Position numbers and translations under genes: made by a program. The notes under the pieces were generated by a model that was not told where the DNA came from, made no database searches, and worked only from the letters and a program-made list of their open reading frames with translations. Positions 1 to 14,031 of a stretch of DNA of 64,000 nt are shown here, piece after piece. The DNA lies in the NCBI RefSeq assembly GCF_964204865.1, contig NC_135253.1, positions 13,144,001-13,208,000 of the forward strand, read 5' to 3'. Within the stretch, counting starts at the first letter, position 1. Each line of letters opens with the position of its first letter. The DNA comes from Styela clava. Lineage: Eukaryota.

Positions 1-3000
1 TAGCATGAAATTAAATTGAAAATATTTTATTGTTATTTTGCATACAAATTCAAAATTGTCATTCCAATTTTTATCTCTGTCAATCTCTAAATTAAATCAA
101 AGTTCAAAACTTTTCATCTGTAAAATATCTTTGAATATAATGATTGATATTACAAAAAAAAATGCGAGCAAGTATTACGTACTCTCAATCATAACAATTG
201 TCATTTTCTACGGACTCGTATAGCTAAAGCACAATCAATGCAAGGAAACGAAAAATGAAATGTTGTTATTGAAGTTAGAAAAAATAGAGCCTCAGTTGGC
301 ACTTCTCTTGCGTCTTTTACAAATAAATTCCGATATTACAAGGCTGGATAATGCCCGTCGAACATATCAATTAATCGCTTATCCTATATCTATTTCAGAA
401 TTATGCTTTTATGTAAAACTCGTACTAAGTGTGGAAGATATTTTTGCTACTTACGATTCATTTATCCAAAACCAAATTGAATCCACAGCAACTACCTAAA
501 ATAAATGTTTATTTTACCTGCTGCTATTCTTTAAAAAAACTACTTGCGAATTGATGTCTTTTATAGAAATGCTAAAGCGTGTACCAGAACACCAATACGG
601 TATTTACTCCTAGATATATTATTCAAAACAATATGCTCAATCACTCAATGAATATTATAAATTCAAAATTAAAATGCATAACTTCAAGGAAAGTTTATCA
701 AATTTATCTTTGAATGAAAAATTCCTAAATCTTTGAACCTTTCTTTTTGTTGTAAAGTTATTGGTCTTCGTATTCAACTTTCTTCATTTTCTGATATGAA
801 ATTATCTTATGGATTCTGAGAAACTAGAATGCAATTACAACTTTGCAAGATTACACAATGAACGTTTCATTTTTAATCATCTTACGCAATGAATGTGTCT
901 ATGAGGCACACTTCTACAGAACATAAGGCAAGAAATAACCTTTTTGTACGTCACATTTTTAGGTTGCCTGTTGAATCTCTTATAAATAATAAATGAACAT
1001 AAAAATCTTTCATTTGGCCGACCGATCGCAAAGTGGTAGAAACCTATATCCCGCATCAGTGAACAGACTCATTTAATTTTTCTCCTCGCCGACGTTTAAT
1101 TATGGAACAGCTAATTTGCTCTTTCGCTTGTCCAGCGCACGCTTCGAATAGCGACAATAGCCATGAACCTAAAGGTTTTCGTAAATTAAAATGTCAATTT
1201 GTACGGCATCTAACTTGGTCCACGGTTAATTCTGCTACTAGTCACCTACTATTTATGTATCATGTTACGTCGAGCGACAAATCATATGATAGCTGTAATT
1301 TTGAATACGTCGTAACGAAGCGAACGCCCTCCATCATTTTACGCTAATTATTCAACTCCTGTTAGCGTGAAGGATACCTAAATTACTTTCACGACCTCAA
1401 TAACGCCATAATACATTTGGCTAACAGATGCCAATAAACTTTCCTTTAATCACTGTGCATATTCTATAAGTCATAAAATAAACTCTCATAAAAAATTAAG
1501 ATGAAATATATTTTGGGAAACAAACATTACTTACTGTTTTTGAGAATAGATATAGAATAATTTGCTCTAAGTTGATTTGAACAGAAAAAAGGTGGTGAAA
1601 TATTGCTGCATTTATACTTGGTAAAAAAACTATAATTTGTAAATCAAATGGAACATATATCAGAGTAGTAGCTGATCCTAACTTTCAACCTCGTAAATGT
1701 TTCAATTTTTATTTGGTCAGAAAACAAAATATGCTGGTAAAAAGTGTGATAAAAATTGAGTAATTCAAGTATTTTAGGTACAACATGAAATTTCGAACAA
1801 ACTTTCATCTAGAATAAAAACAATATAACTACCACAGTAAAAATACTTTGGTGCATATCCGCCAACTGGAATCGTAAAATTTCCCACCTCACGAATTTTA
1901 TTGGCGATTGGTCATCATGCGTGTTTGAGAGTGACTAATTACAGGTAAAGCCTAGCAGTTTTTCAAAGACTCACAAAGTTTAATAGTATTTTACAGTAAT
2001 GTAAGACACTTACGTTCAAAAACTTGCTGAATAAAGGAAATCGGTATGCATTATACTGATAAAATCCGATATCAATAAAGGAAGTTTTAAACGCAAGTTA
2101 GTAAGTTGCTGGATGGTTAACCATTTAATTGGTAAACATTTTTACATGCCAAAATCATTAATTTCATCGTGTAACTTATTCTTATGCAGTAATTGAATGA
2201 GTGGCTCCAGGTCAAGGCGGTTTCAATTAAAGAAGCCGTTGTGGCGAACCCTCGACTCCGGAAAAATTAGCGCAAGTACATCTATGACATAAAATCGATG
2301 ACAGTCAGACCTCCAGGGACAAGACCTCTCAATCATACCCAAGAGGTTACGAATAAGGCTGGTGTATTCATTAACGAAGTTTCCCTTCAGCCAATATTTG
2401 TAATTGTCTTGTTCAACGATTGAAGGTAAGTTCGTTCTTGTGGAAACAAAATTTTTTTCTCTGACAACCTTATCAATGTTTTTCCGCATTCAAAGAATAT
2501 TTACCAATACGACGAATAGAAAGTTTCTCATAAAGTTTTCATACTAGCTAAATAAATGCGATTCGTACTTTGGATTTGTATGCGGACTAACAATAAAATT
2601 CACTAATATCAAAACTCAAGTAATGCATACAGCGTGCTGATATATTTTTAAAATTCATCTATAAAAACCAAATGCAGAATTCTATTTTATAAAAGTTTGA
2701 ACAGGTTTTTTTGCCAGATACAGACTCATCACTGATATATTCATACACACAAATTGAAAACAACTTATGCAGAGTACAAAACTATTTCTATAAGGGTTAA
2801 CTTATTCAAAACTACTATAAAATATTATTATCACAATAGATCAGGTCAAGCTATATTTGCCAAAATATTGAAATCGTTTGGTTTCGAAGCATTATTAAAG
2901 AAGGGCAAACGTAAACTGGATTTCGTACTGCGGTGAGATTTAACCAATAATGGAAGGAAATGCAAAAAATACTGATTATTTTCAAAATGGTCATAAATCC

Positions 3001-4134
3001 TTTGTAGAGCTAGTAATTTGTTTTAATTATTGGTTGGAATCATTATATTTTTAAGTAATGAGGTTTTTTGAGATGTTATTTATAGGTAAATTGGGTACAT
3101 AAATTGGAGTTTTAAAAAAATTCGAATTATATTGAACATCTTTATCCATCTCTCTAGAGAGATTATTAAAATACAATCAATCGATTATTTCTTTTTTAAA
3201 GAACCGACACACAGTAACAAAGTAAATACTACAATAAGTGTGGTTAGCTTGAAATTAGGTAGATCTCAAAAATCGATTGGAACTAAAATTAAGTGTTGGA
3301 TTTAAAGACATTGACATTCCAATTGAAAATTTATCATACATAGTTGAGATACGGCTTCATTTCAAATGTAGTAACATTACGATAGCAAAATGTCTAAAAT
3401 TTCGGAAAAAAATTCTGATCTTTTGCCTTTCTTTTTTGTTTCTGATCAAATCACAAAACTGACAAAGTCTACGACTGAAATGCAAGTCCTATAATGTACT
3501 AACATGTAAATACTAGGTTACACATATCAATACTACCGCCACATACAGTTTAACCTTGAAAATGTTCATAGGTTTCTACGTGAATCATGCATGATGAGTT
3601 ACAAGTTAACAGAATTAAATCTCTAATTTGCCGAACGATGTATACAATTACCTCGTTCCACCAGCGTATTTTAAATCTGCGGGGGATGAATTATTATAAT
3701 AGATTACGAACACAAAAACTTCAAAACCTGGAAGATTCATGGAGCGACAATATAACAATGGATCGGCTTATTAGTAGGTGTATTATTATTCTGAGCGTCA
3801 TAAGTTATTGAATGGGCAAAATCGTGTACAGTTGTTTAAATACAATGAGCATCGGCGTAAGAATGCTGTATCATAACTCGACCATTCATCCTGATAGTTA
3901 TTGTTCGATGTCTTATAAATTCTCACGAGCGTGTACAAGATATGAACATTAGTTATTGAAAATCTAAATCCTTTCAATTCCCTGACTTACTTATAATTAT
4001 ATCCTGGGTCAATCGTATCGCCTTTCGATGATTTGCATCACAAGGAAGAATTTTCCCAGCAACGTACATTGAAAATGGGATGTTATAAACATGTTTGTTG
4101 ATGATTTTGCGTATATTGTTGTGTTGGACTAAGA

Positions 4135-4957
4135 CAGTGGTTCTCAGCCTTTTCCGACCCCGCACCACTTTACTGTTTTTCTTATGACCGCGTACCACTG
4201 TAAAAGTCCCATTTTGGCGCGGGGAAACAATGGCACAAGACACGCGCTATGGGAGTATTTTATCATGTGGCACTGCATCCTTAGTGACCTAATTCGCAAG
4301 ACGGACGAACAAATGCCCATCTCGATTCGCTCGTGGACAATAGCAGGCGAGGGCGATCTCTAAATACTGGACTGGCCCATACGACGTTTTCCGGCCCTTG
4401 TCCTCAGAAAAATTCTTCCTATACTTTACTATTGCAAAAAAAATGTACTTATTTTGAGAGTGTTTTGATATGTTGGCGCTTATAAGCTGGTTTTGTTTAC
4501 GTGTTTGAAAACCCTCATTTTTATTAAAATTATTCAACCATGTGCCGTTTACAGGCACTGATAGCTTAGTTTAGATTAGTCTATCGCAGAATTTACGAGA
4601 CTCATTTTTGATTACAGCAACTAAATTAATGCCCTTTTGAAGACATAATGACAATTAAGATATTTAATTCACAACTATTTTTTTGAAACGCAACTGAAAA
4701 CTGGCAAATAACACGCAAAACTACAATAACGAGGAAATGCTTACTGATTGTTGCTGGTTACGGAAGTAAACAAGGAAATTGATGCACGGGGAAATATTCA
4801 TAAAGCCCGTTCGGCGAATACATACAGTATGGAAGATGAAGCGTGTCGGTATTTGGCCAACTGTTAATTGTTGCAATAATTCAAAGCTACTCGCGTGCCA
4901 CTTGTTCATCATCCGTGTACCACTAGTGGTACGCGTACCACAGGCTGAGAACCACTG
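4135..4957. mobile_element. Non-autonomous hAT-type DNA transposon (MITE)
   Basis: Perfect 16-bp TIRs CAGTGGTTCTCAGCCT / AGGCTGAGAACCACTG with subterminal (G)TACCAC repeats; no recognisable TSD. Confidence 0.8.
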
Positions 4958-6700
4958 CATTGCAATCATTATCTCATCTAGTCTGTTTTTGGTAAAGGAA
5001 ATATGAATTCATCGATCGTATTTTATCATTTCTTTATATTGCGATATGCAAGTTATTATACGGATCTTACAACTGAAGAAGTTACTGTTTGTTACACAGT
5101 AATACTATTTTAACTGTGGAAATTCAACAATACTTTATATATAGCTAGACAAATCAAATTGAGAATCTGTGTCGTCATATTCCCCTGCAACCATTCTATC
5201 CTAGCAAGTACAGTGAGTACACTATACAGTGGAGTATTTTATATTGTATAAAAATCACAAAATCGATATTTATTTTATTAAAAAAAAGTCACATTGATGC
5301 CAAACCATAATTAGATACATGAAACTCCTAAAAAGTTTTTTTGCAGAATAAAATTATATTGTTATATAAATGAAATAAAAAGAAAAACATAAAAACCAAA
5401 GTGTCTATAACATATAATATATAATCAACCCCCAAATTAATTAAGGAGTTTTTGTAATTAAATTTTAGTGTTATAATTAGATTGCAGTTTTAAGTCTAAC
5501 AGTTTATATGTAAATAGCGATCAATAGTAATTTTTGAGTTACCTAGAGATTTAGAATTTCAGTAACAAAATTTTCCTTAAAACTAAAATTAAAGGTTTTG
5601 CGGCGCAACAAAAAGCCGACTGGGATTTGGTATAATTGAAAACATTCTATGTAAAATTAAATTTGCCAATTTCTTTAGATATTCAGATTGAAAGAGCGGA
5701 TTCGCAAAAATAAAACATTTAACTATTAAAAAATAATTTGAGTGCAACGTTTGATTATATCATATTTTTAGTTGAACCTAACAATAATATATTTTACAAA
5801 TTCTTGAGACATTTTATTGCAGAATTTTTCAAAATTGTTAGTGTCTCTAAGTTAAACCTGGCGACTGAATATAATAGCGTGCTTAATTAAATATATATAG
5901 GGTATAAAACAATATCACAGTCGACGCAAAATTCATACCCAAATTTCGAGTACCCTACTCATGCTTATTACAATATGTGTTATTAGTGAGATATATACAT
6001 GTGGTGTATATGTATACTAAGGCGAAGTTAATCCATACTGAGACGGGCCAACGGGCCCGAAAATGGAAAAAAGTCATGCAAATAAGTAATCGAAACTTAC
6101 CGACTTTGGACATGAGGTCTACTACCTGAGGGGTTTGGTTTAAAATCTCGTTTTGCAGCACCGCTTGGTGTCGAGTAAGGTAGCAATCCGTGAGGGATTA
6201 TGGGCGTTCGACGTTGTTGAATAAGTTTTTGAATGGTGGTAAATATACAGTGACAATTTATGAATTTCCTGGACACGACGTTGGCCTATGGATCGTTTTG
6301 TTAAATGTTTATTGTCCCTATTGTTACCTTGTCATATTTTAAACGTTACCTTTGATCTTTGCTCGCAAATTGTCGTGAAGTTAGCTTGATGGTTAACTAA
6401 AATATCCTAATAGGATTTAACAGATGCCGAAAGTTGAGTGATTCTTCCTACTTTGCGCTTGGTGGAAGGTTATGAATGACTCCTAAAAATCCAAGCTGAC
6501 TTTAAAAATGTATATACTATGTTAGTACATAATATAATTGGTATGAATATTTTTATATTTAGGGATTATTGTACACGAGTATTATTTGAAAATTCCAAAT
6601 GTTGCCCACTATGAATTTGTTTCACCATGTGCAACTCAGACACCACTTTTTAAACCATTGAGCTTTTCGAAGCAAAAAGTAATATCGGTATGTTTGAAGA

Positions 6701-7063
6701 GTGACGTCACCGAATGCTGTATACAGAATCTAGAAGTTTTGTTTGCACTAATATCTGGTGGTGATTTTCGTGATTAGTATCTGGCATTTTGTTAGTGCCG
6801 TGTTGGAACACGAAACTTCAGTAACGCTGGAATTTGTGGATATGACTAACTTTAGCGGAAAGGTTGTTATAATTACAGGTAAATTAAATGAAAACCCATT
6901 GATTCAACAGTAGGAAAAGGAATAACAAACGATTGCCGATCGACTAAAATTAATACTACCGAATGCCTATAATACAGAGAAGAAAATTCAGGATATCAGT
7001 GGGAAGAACTGAAGTAGGAATTAGGAAAATGAAGTGACGTCATAATGCCGAAAGTTGACGTCA
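6701..7063. promoter_or_regulatory. Three full CRE/ATF palindromes (TGACGTCA) flanking SDR paralog 1 exon 1
   Basis: TGACGTCA at 6702, 7035 and 7056. Function is not shown. Confidence 0.3.
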
Positions 7064-9801
7064 TAATATAAAAATATATCGTAAAATAAATCTTCTACAG
7101 GTATGCTGATTCATTTAAAATCTAAATAAAGTGAAAAACTAAATAGCATTAATGTCCTCAAAAGTACAGCAGGCTATATAAACTTGCTATCACTTGAAAA
7201 TAGGTCTGTTTACAATTTATAGGTGCCTCTAGTGGAATCGGAGCAGCCACTGCAATTGAACTCTCAAAAGGAGGAGCCAAGTTAACAATCTGCGGAAGAA
7301 GCAAAGAAAGATTATCAGAAACAGCCAAAACATGCAAAGAAAATGGTGCCAAGGTATTTGTATTTTTGAACTTCTTGATATAAATAATTACAATAAATAA
7401 ATAGTGCTTCAAAATAAAACATTTTCAAGTTTTCTTTTAAAAGAGAATAAAGAATGCAATTTCAGTAGATACCGTGCCAGTAAAGCTTGCAGTGAATAGA
7501 CTTTAAAAAAATAAACAAATGAAGCTGAAGTTTTTTGAGTTGGACTAAAATTTCAAGTTATATGCTTATGCTGTAAATTATATTTCAGGTTCTTGAAATA
7601 GTTGGAGATTTATTAGAGTTTGAACATTTGGAACATATTATTAACAAAACAGTCGAGAAATTTTCTACTATTGATGTGTTGATTAATAATGCAGGACGTG
7701 GCTTGGCTAAACCTTTTGAAAATGTGAGTGGTTCAACCATGTAAATCTTGCCAATCTGAATTTCTCAAAAAAATTTTTTTAATATAATGTAACATATTTT
7801 CATCGGTAAACAGTCCAATGTCGATCTAAATCAATGTTTGGCAAACAGTGAAACACTGCGTACAGTGAAATGAAATTGGTTGATATTCTTCCAACAATAC
7901 AATTATTTAAAGGGCAATGCACGATAACAACGAGTATATAAAATAACGTAAAATACTGTTATTTTTTTGTACCTATAATGCAAAAAATTTAACATTAACT
8001 ACTATTTTTTTTAATCCAATCTTAACTTATGTGGTATGACATAAAAAACAAGCGGTGCCACTTTACCTAACATTACCCCAATCGCATAAAGACATTCTAA
8101 TAGAATTCAGGTTCTAGAGTCAATCGAAGTCAATATCTGGGTGTTTTTTTTCAACTAATCGGAAGTTGTGAGCAAAGCTTATTTCCGAAAAGTCAAGTTT
8201 GATTGAAAATTGACTTATAATGCGCAATCCTCCTCGTTACGAAAAATAACGTGAGTCGATCGATATGCATACCATTTGGAACTATAAAATTTATTTCATT
8301 TAGCTCTATGACTTTAACAAAGTATATTTTCAGGTAGAAGTAACTGATTTTGACATGCTGTTTCGGATACTGGTTAGGGCTCCTGTGTTTCTCTGCAAAT
8401 ATGCATTACCATATCTAAAGAAAACAAAAGGTGAATCTGAAAAAATATTTTGTAACAGTATTAACCATATACACTTATATATCCATATTGTTATTAATTA
8501 ATTTTACATGTGGTATCCACATAAATACAATGTATAAACAATGTATAATAAACCCATCGAACTAAATATTTAATGAATAATTTTAGGATGTGTAGTGAAT
8601 GTGTCGAGTATTGCATCACTTGGTACAAAAATATCGAGTATTCCATACCAAATGTTCAAATGTACTTTGGATTACTTCACGAAAGGATTTGCAGCAGGTC
8701 AGTGTTATTCAAATTGTTTTAGTAATGTACCCCATTAACATTTGGTACTCAATTCCGATACGATATCATATAAGATATAAATAGTCGAGTTGCAGAATAT
8801 GGTAAATTACTTATTCTGGTAAACAATTTTCAAATACTAACCTACCACTTTTAGTGGATAAATTGGGACATATCTCAAATTGCAAAAATTGAAGAATAAA
8901 AAAGTTTTCAGAATGTTATTTTGTTGTTTATATGAAATGATAACAAAGCAGAAAAAATCTGATGGCAGATTAACGGAATTTTCATTTTCAACTCTAAATA
9001 GATTGAATTTCATATAATCGACATACTGAAGATAATTCAATAAATACTACACTTATTATTTTACAGAGTGCAGTCCATTTGGTGTCCGTGTGAATTGCAT
9101 AAAGTAAGAAAATTTTGAAATTTGAATTTTACTTTCTCATACACTCAAATTTCTTATTAACATCTACATATAAAATTTTTAAATTTGCATCTTGTAGTTC
9201 TAACTTAATCATAAATTTGTATAACGCATCTTACTTTAAGGCTTCCATATCATCAACGTAATAGTTATTTTATAATTACAGTCCAGCACTGGTGTCGACA
9301 AGAATCGGAGAGACAACTGGATTGTCAAAGGAGAGCACAGAAAAGGCGAGCAAATACAGCATATTTTGTCATAACCAAATAAGCGTATCATAACTTGAGT
9401 GAATTGGTTAAAAAATATACTATTTTTAAAACTTGTGAGAAAGACTGGGAAAGATTGGCAACGTTACTTTTATTCCAAGTTCTAATCACCATACTGAAAA
9501 TGAACCAATAGATCATGGAATTCCCTACGCAAAATTCAAGAAACAACGTTTTTGTGAACATTTTTGAATTTGATCATTCTCATACCATCTTTACTTTCAT
9601 TTATTTCTGCAAACATTTATGTTTAACAGTAAAGCAATTTAATAAAATTATTCTTAGATCGTTGAGCAGTACAAGAAACATCACCCTTTTGGAATAATGC
9701 AACCTGAAACAATAGCAGCAGGAATCATGTTTCTGTGTTCCTCCCCACATGTTACCGGGATATTATTGCCTGTTGACTCGGGGTTTTTGGGCACATTTTG
9801 A
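6842..9801 (+). CDS. Classical SDR oxidoreductase (FabG-like), paralog 1; 8 exons, 251 aa
   Basis: Exons 6842-6878, 7223-7353, 7589-7723, 8334-8430, 8587-8697, 9067-9103, 9282-9345, 9658-9801 join in frame (756 nt). Motifs: TGASSGIG, NNAG, NVSS, YQMFK, VRVNCINP, PVDSG. Intron 7 donor is GC (AAG|gcgagc). Confidence 0.93.
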
Positions 9802-10758
9802 GATTCTTGGTTTTCAACGATTTTTTCAAAATACAGTACTTCGTATAATGATGGTAATTTTTTAGTAAACAATTGAATGAGTTGTTAGCAGAACATCTGT
9901 GAATGTCAGACCAATGAGTTTGTATATATATATATACTACAATAGCAAGTTACCTATAGGAATACCTCTTTAAGAAAACGATAAAACAATTTTCCACACC
10001 AAGTCTTTGACCAGAAAATGTAACTTATGCTGATTGCTTAATGCACAAATTATTATTGATAAAAAATCATACTAGATATTGATAACAAATCTCCAATATA
10101 TAATAATCCAATAAATCTCCAAACTTTGCTCCAATATATATTGCAAAAATCTCGATATTTTGGGCTGTATGGCTCCTTGATAATGTCGCATACGTTAACA
10201 TATTTTGACATTTGACAACGTTAGCTGAAAATCGATGTAAACGCAAAGAGTCAGTAATCAAATTGCAAATATCCCATTCATTCAAAAACTTGCTTTTGAT
10301 GTTTTTGTGTATCATTGTTTCCGTAATAAGACTAAATGTATTTTTATTTTTCAAATCAATCTTGATATGAACAAATTGAACGTCGATCATTATGTTCGGT
10401 ATTACGGTAATTCGATGGCTACAAAAAAGACAGTAAATATAACTACCAATACATTTACCCATATATATATATATATATATATTCAGGTACATCAGGTTTA
10501 CCTAATCTTAAAAAATCAACACTTAATTCAGCCATGGCAGCACATTGTTGTTTGTCTTTTTATTCAACCGCAGAACGTAACATGAATTTAATGTAATATT
10601 GTACAAACAAGATGAGACAAATCATATAATACAGGTACTACCTTTGTCCACACACAAAATCCAATATTACGTTATTGTCAATGATTAATAAAATGGACAT
10701 TGCGGAAAATTTTGCGGTATGCCGCGTTGCACTATGACACTCGAGTAACGCGACAAAT

Positions 10759-13700
10759 ATGTTAAACTTTAGCGGAAAAGTTGTCCTAATTACAGGTAAA
10801 TCAGAAGGAAACCTATTGGTTGAAAATAGGAAATAAAGTAACAGGCGCTGGCCTATCGACAGAAATTAACCTTATAACCCAGAAAATATATATAATTTAG
10901 GATAACAATGGGAATAATGAAAGTAGAAATGAGGAAAGATAAAAAGAAGTCATACTGCGAGAACTCGGAGCAATACAGAAAAATATCACAAAATATATGC
11001 TTGAAGAATGCTAGATCATTTCAATACCTAAACATGATGGTAAATAAACCATCATTATCAAATAAAAATGTACAGCAAGATATATAAACGTGGTTATCAC
11101 CTAAAATAGGTCTTCTCAATTTATAGGAGCCTCTAGCGGAATCGGAGCAGCAACTGCAATTGCATTTTCAAAAGAAGGAGCCAAGTTAACAATCTGCGGA
11201 AGAAACAAAGAAAGATTATCAGAAACAGCCAAAGAATGCAAAGAAAATGGTGCCGAGGTCTATTTATTTTGAGTTTCTTCGAATAAAATAATTACACTAA
11301 AGAAGATATTGCTAAAAAAAAATAATACATTTTTTGTGTTTGGGCACTAAGACCAAAAACGAAGTTTTTTACCCACAATTCCCCCATCAAAATCATCTCA
11401 AAGCTGGAGCCGTGGAACAGCTACCATAACTTATCATTACCGGCACCAGGGCACGCGGAAATTTTTAAAATAAATAAAAATGCTTCTAGCGACAACAGCA
11501 ATCTTAAACCACTAAAAATTTCAGAATAATTGGTCCAGCAGTTAAAGGGGAAAGTTATTTTTTATAGACAAGAATGTCGACAGTAACAGCATAGCAAAAC
11601 GATTCGTAGGTCCACTTCGCGTTCAATAAAATAAATAAAACTTTCAATAATATACAAAAGGGTTATGGTATATTCTATAAATTATATTTCAGGTTTTTGA
11701 AATTGTTGGAGATTTATTAGAATTTGAACATTTGGAACAAATTATTAACAAAACAGTCGAGAGATTTTCTGCTATCGATGTATTGATTAATAATGCAGGG
11801 CGAGGATTGGCCAAAACTTTCGAAAATGTGAGTACTTTAACCAGGTAAATTATGTTCTTCTGGGTTTCTTGAATTTTTTTAAAAATATGCTCTATATATA
11901 TTTAGTTAACATTTAGTTGATTCATTTCGTTGACAGACTGTCTACTGTCCACCTCAACCAATGGTGGACAAACAGTTACGGTAGGTTGAGAGGTACTCAG
12001 ATTTTGACTCATTTGAGTGAAATAAAACGCCAAATCAAAATAGAAAACTACACTGCCGCCCTGTCAAAAAAATGAATCCGAATTGGTTGATATAGTCTCA
12101 ATAATACCGTAATTTAGAGGGTAATGGTGCGACAGCAACTGGGTGGTTAATAATACAGACGCAATAAATTTGAAAACATCGCACATTTCATTTTAGTACA
12201 GAAAATATGAGAATAACCTCTAAATCTTTGTTACTCATGAGTGCACACTTGACTTGCTTAACTGATGAAGTTTAACCTGAAATGATGTGGGGAAAATGCA
12301 AGTGAGAAAATTTGGCATCGAGATATTGCGATCATAAAAACATTTGAATACTAATTTAACAAACAAAATTTTAAAAATCTTAAATTATTTTATAATTCCG
12401 AATTCATTATCTGGCAATGTTCAAACTAATCGTAGGTCGCGTGTCAAAGTAAATTGGCTCTTACTGAAAAATCGTACATGTTATTAAAATCGTGAAACGA
12501 CATGCATGCCAGGAGGATAAATCTAAAATATTTATTTCGTATAAATCTATGACGTTAACAGGAGATGCATTTCTAGGTAGAAGTATCAGATTTTGATATG
12601 TTGTTTGGGATACTCGTTCGGGCTCCAGTGTTTCTCTGCAAATATGCTTTGCCTTATCTAAAGAAAACGAAAGGTGAATCGGAAAAATTGTTTTCAACAG
12701 AATAGTATTAACCATATACAATTATCATATATATTGTTGTAATGTGATTGTGAATGCGATTTTCACATAATTCCATTGTATTGTCAAAAATTCATGTGGC
12801 TCAATATTTAATGAATACTTTTAGGATGTGTAGTTAATGTGTCGAGTATTGCGTCGATGGGTACTAAAATAGGGGATATTCCCTATCAAATGTTCAAATG
12901 TGCTTTGAATCACTTCACGAAAGGATTTTCAGCAGGTCAGAGTTATTTGTATTGTTTTATTTAAATTGTTGAATGTTGTTATTTCATTCGGTTATGATGA
13001 AATATAAGATATAAACAGTCGTATCGAGTTGTTGAAACTAAGTAAAATCTAATTCATTTTTTCTTGTGACAATTTGCAAATATTAACCTGGTACTTTTCA
13101 GAAAGTTACATGTGAGATGTTTCAAATTGCAAAAATTGAAGTAATTTTCAGAATGGTGATTCTGACATTTCCTAATTTATATAAAATGATAACAAAACGT
13201 AACAAATCTTGTAGAAGATGAATGAAATTTTCATTAAATAATATAATTATTTTACAGAGTGCAGTCCATTTGGTGTTCGTGTGAATTGCATAAAGTAAGA
13301 CTATTTTAAAATGTAAATTTTGCTTTGTCACACAACATAGAAAAATTTTAAATTTTCATCCTGCAGATTATAATATTCAAAAATTTGTATAACGCAACTG
13401 ATCAGAACTCAACCATTTTAGGTGACTGAGCTTGGTTTTGTACACTGTACAATTCCTCCAAGTTTTTTACTTCGAGCCTTCCACTTGTATCAGCAACCGG
13501 AAAAATAATTTTCACCAAAATCAGCGTTCTATATTTACAGCCCCGCATTAGTGGAAACAAGAATTGGTGAATCATCTGGAGTGCCAAGGGAAGTTATGGA
13601 TGAGGCGAGTAAAAATATTTTGTCGAAATTAAAATAGTTTATCATGACTTGAGTTAGGAATATGCCATTTTTACACTTGTAACATTACTTTCATTTTAAG

Positions 13701-14031
13701 TTTTGATCACCGTATTGAAATCATGTAATTCCTTCAAACACAAAATTCAAGAAACAAAGTTTAGTGAATAGTTAGTTAATGGTGTTTACATTTGGCCACA
13801 CTTAATGTTCATAGTTTGCCACTTTCCAGCTTTAATTATTTTGGCGAATATTCATAGAGTAAAACATTTCGATAAACTTATTCTTAGATCGTTGAGCAGT
13901 ACAAGAAACATCACCCTTTTGGAATAATGCAACCTGAAACAATAGCAGATGGAATCATGTTTCTGTGTTCCTCCCCACATGTTACCGGGATAGCACTGCC
14001 TGTTGACTCGGGATTTTTGGGCACATTCTGA
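10759..14031 (+). CDS. Classical SDR oxidoreductase, paralog 2; 8 exons, 251 aa
   Basis: Exons 10759-10795, 11127-11257, 11693-11827, 12577-12673, 12825-12935, 13258-13294, 13541-13604, 13888-14031. Exon sizes identical to paralog 1; TGASSGIG/NNAG/YQMFK present; GC donor at 13605. Confidence 0.93.
11341..11627 (+). mobile_element. DINE-1/HINE-like repeat, truncated copy (SDR2 intron 2)
   Basis: Shares TTTTACCCACAATTCCC, AATTGGTCCAG and the terminal AAACGAT...GTCCACTTCGCGTTCAAT block with other copies; absent from SDR1 intron 2. Confidence 0.6.

Noticed and set aside
1-4100. Short ORFs (260-499, 1102-1347, 2223-2489, etc.)
   Set aside because: No recognisable domains and no consistent splice chain found; treated as intergenic.
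12262-12300. Hammerhead-like CTGATGA...GAAA (also CTGATGA/CTGACGA at ~32042 and ~38773)
   Set aside because: Stems I/III and the cleavage triplet could not be formed.
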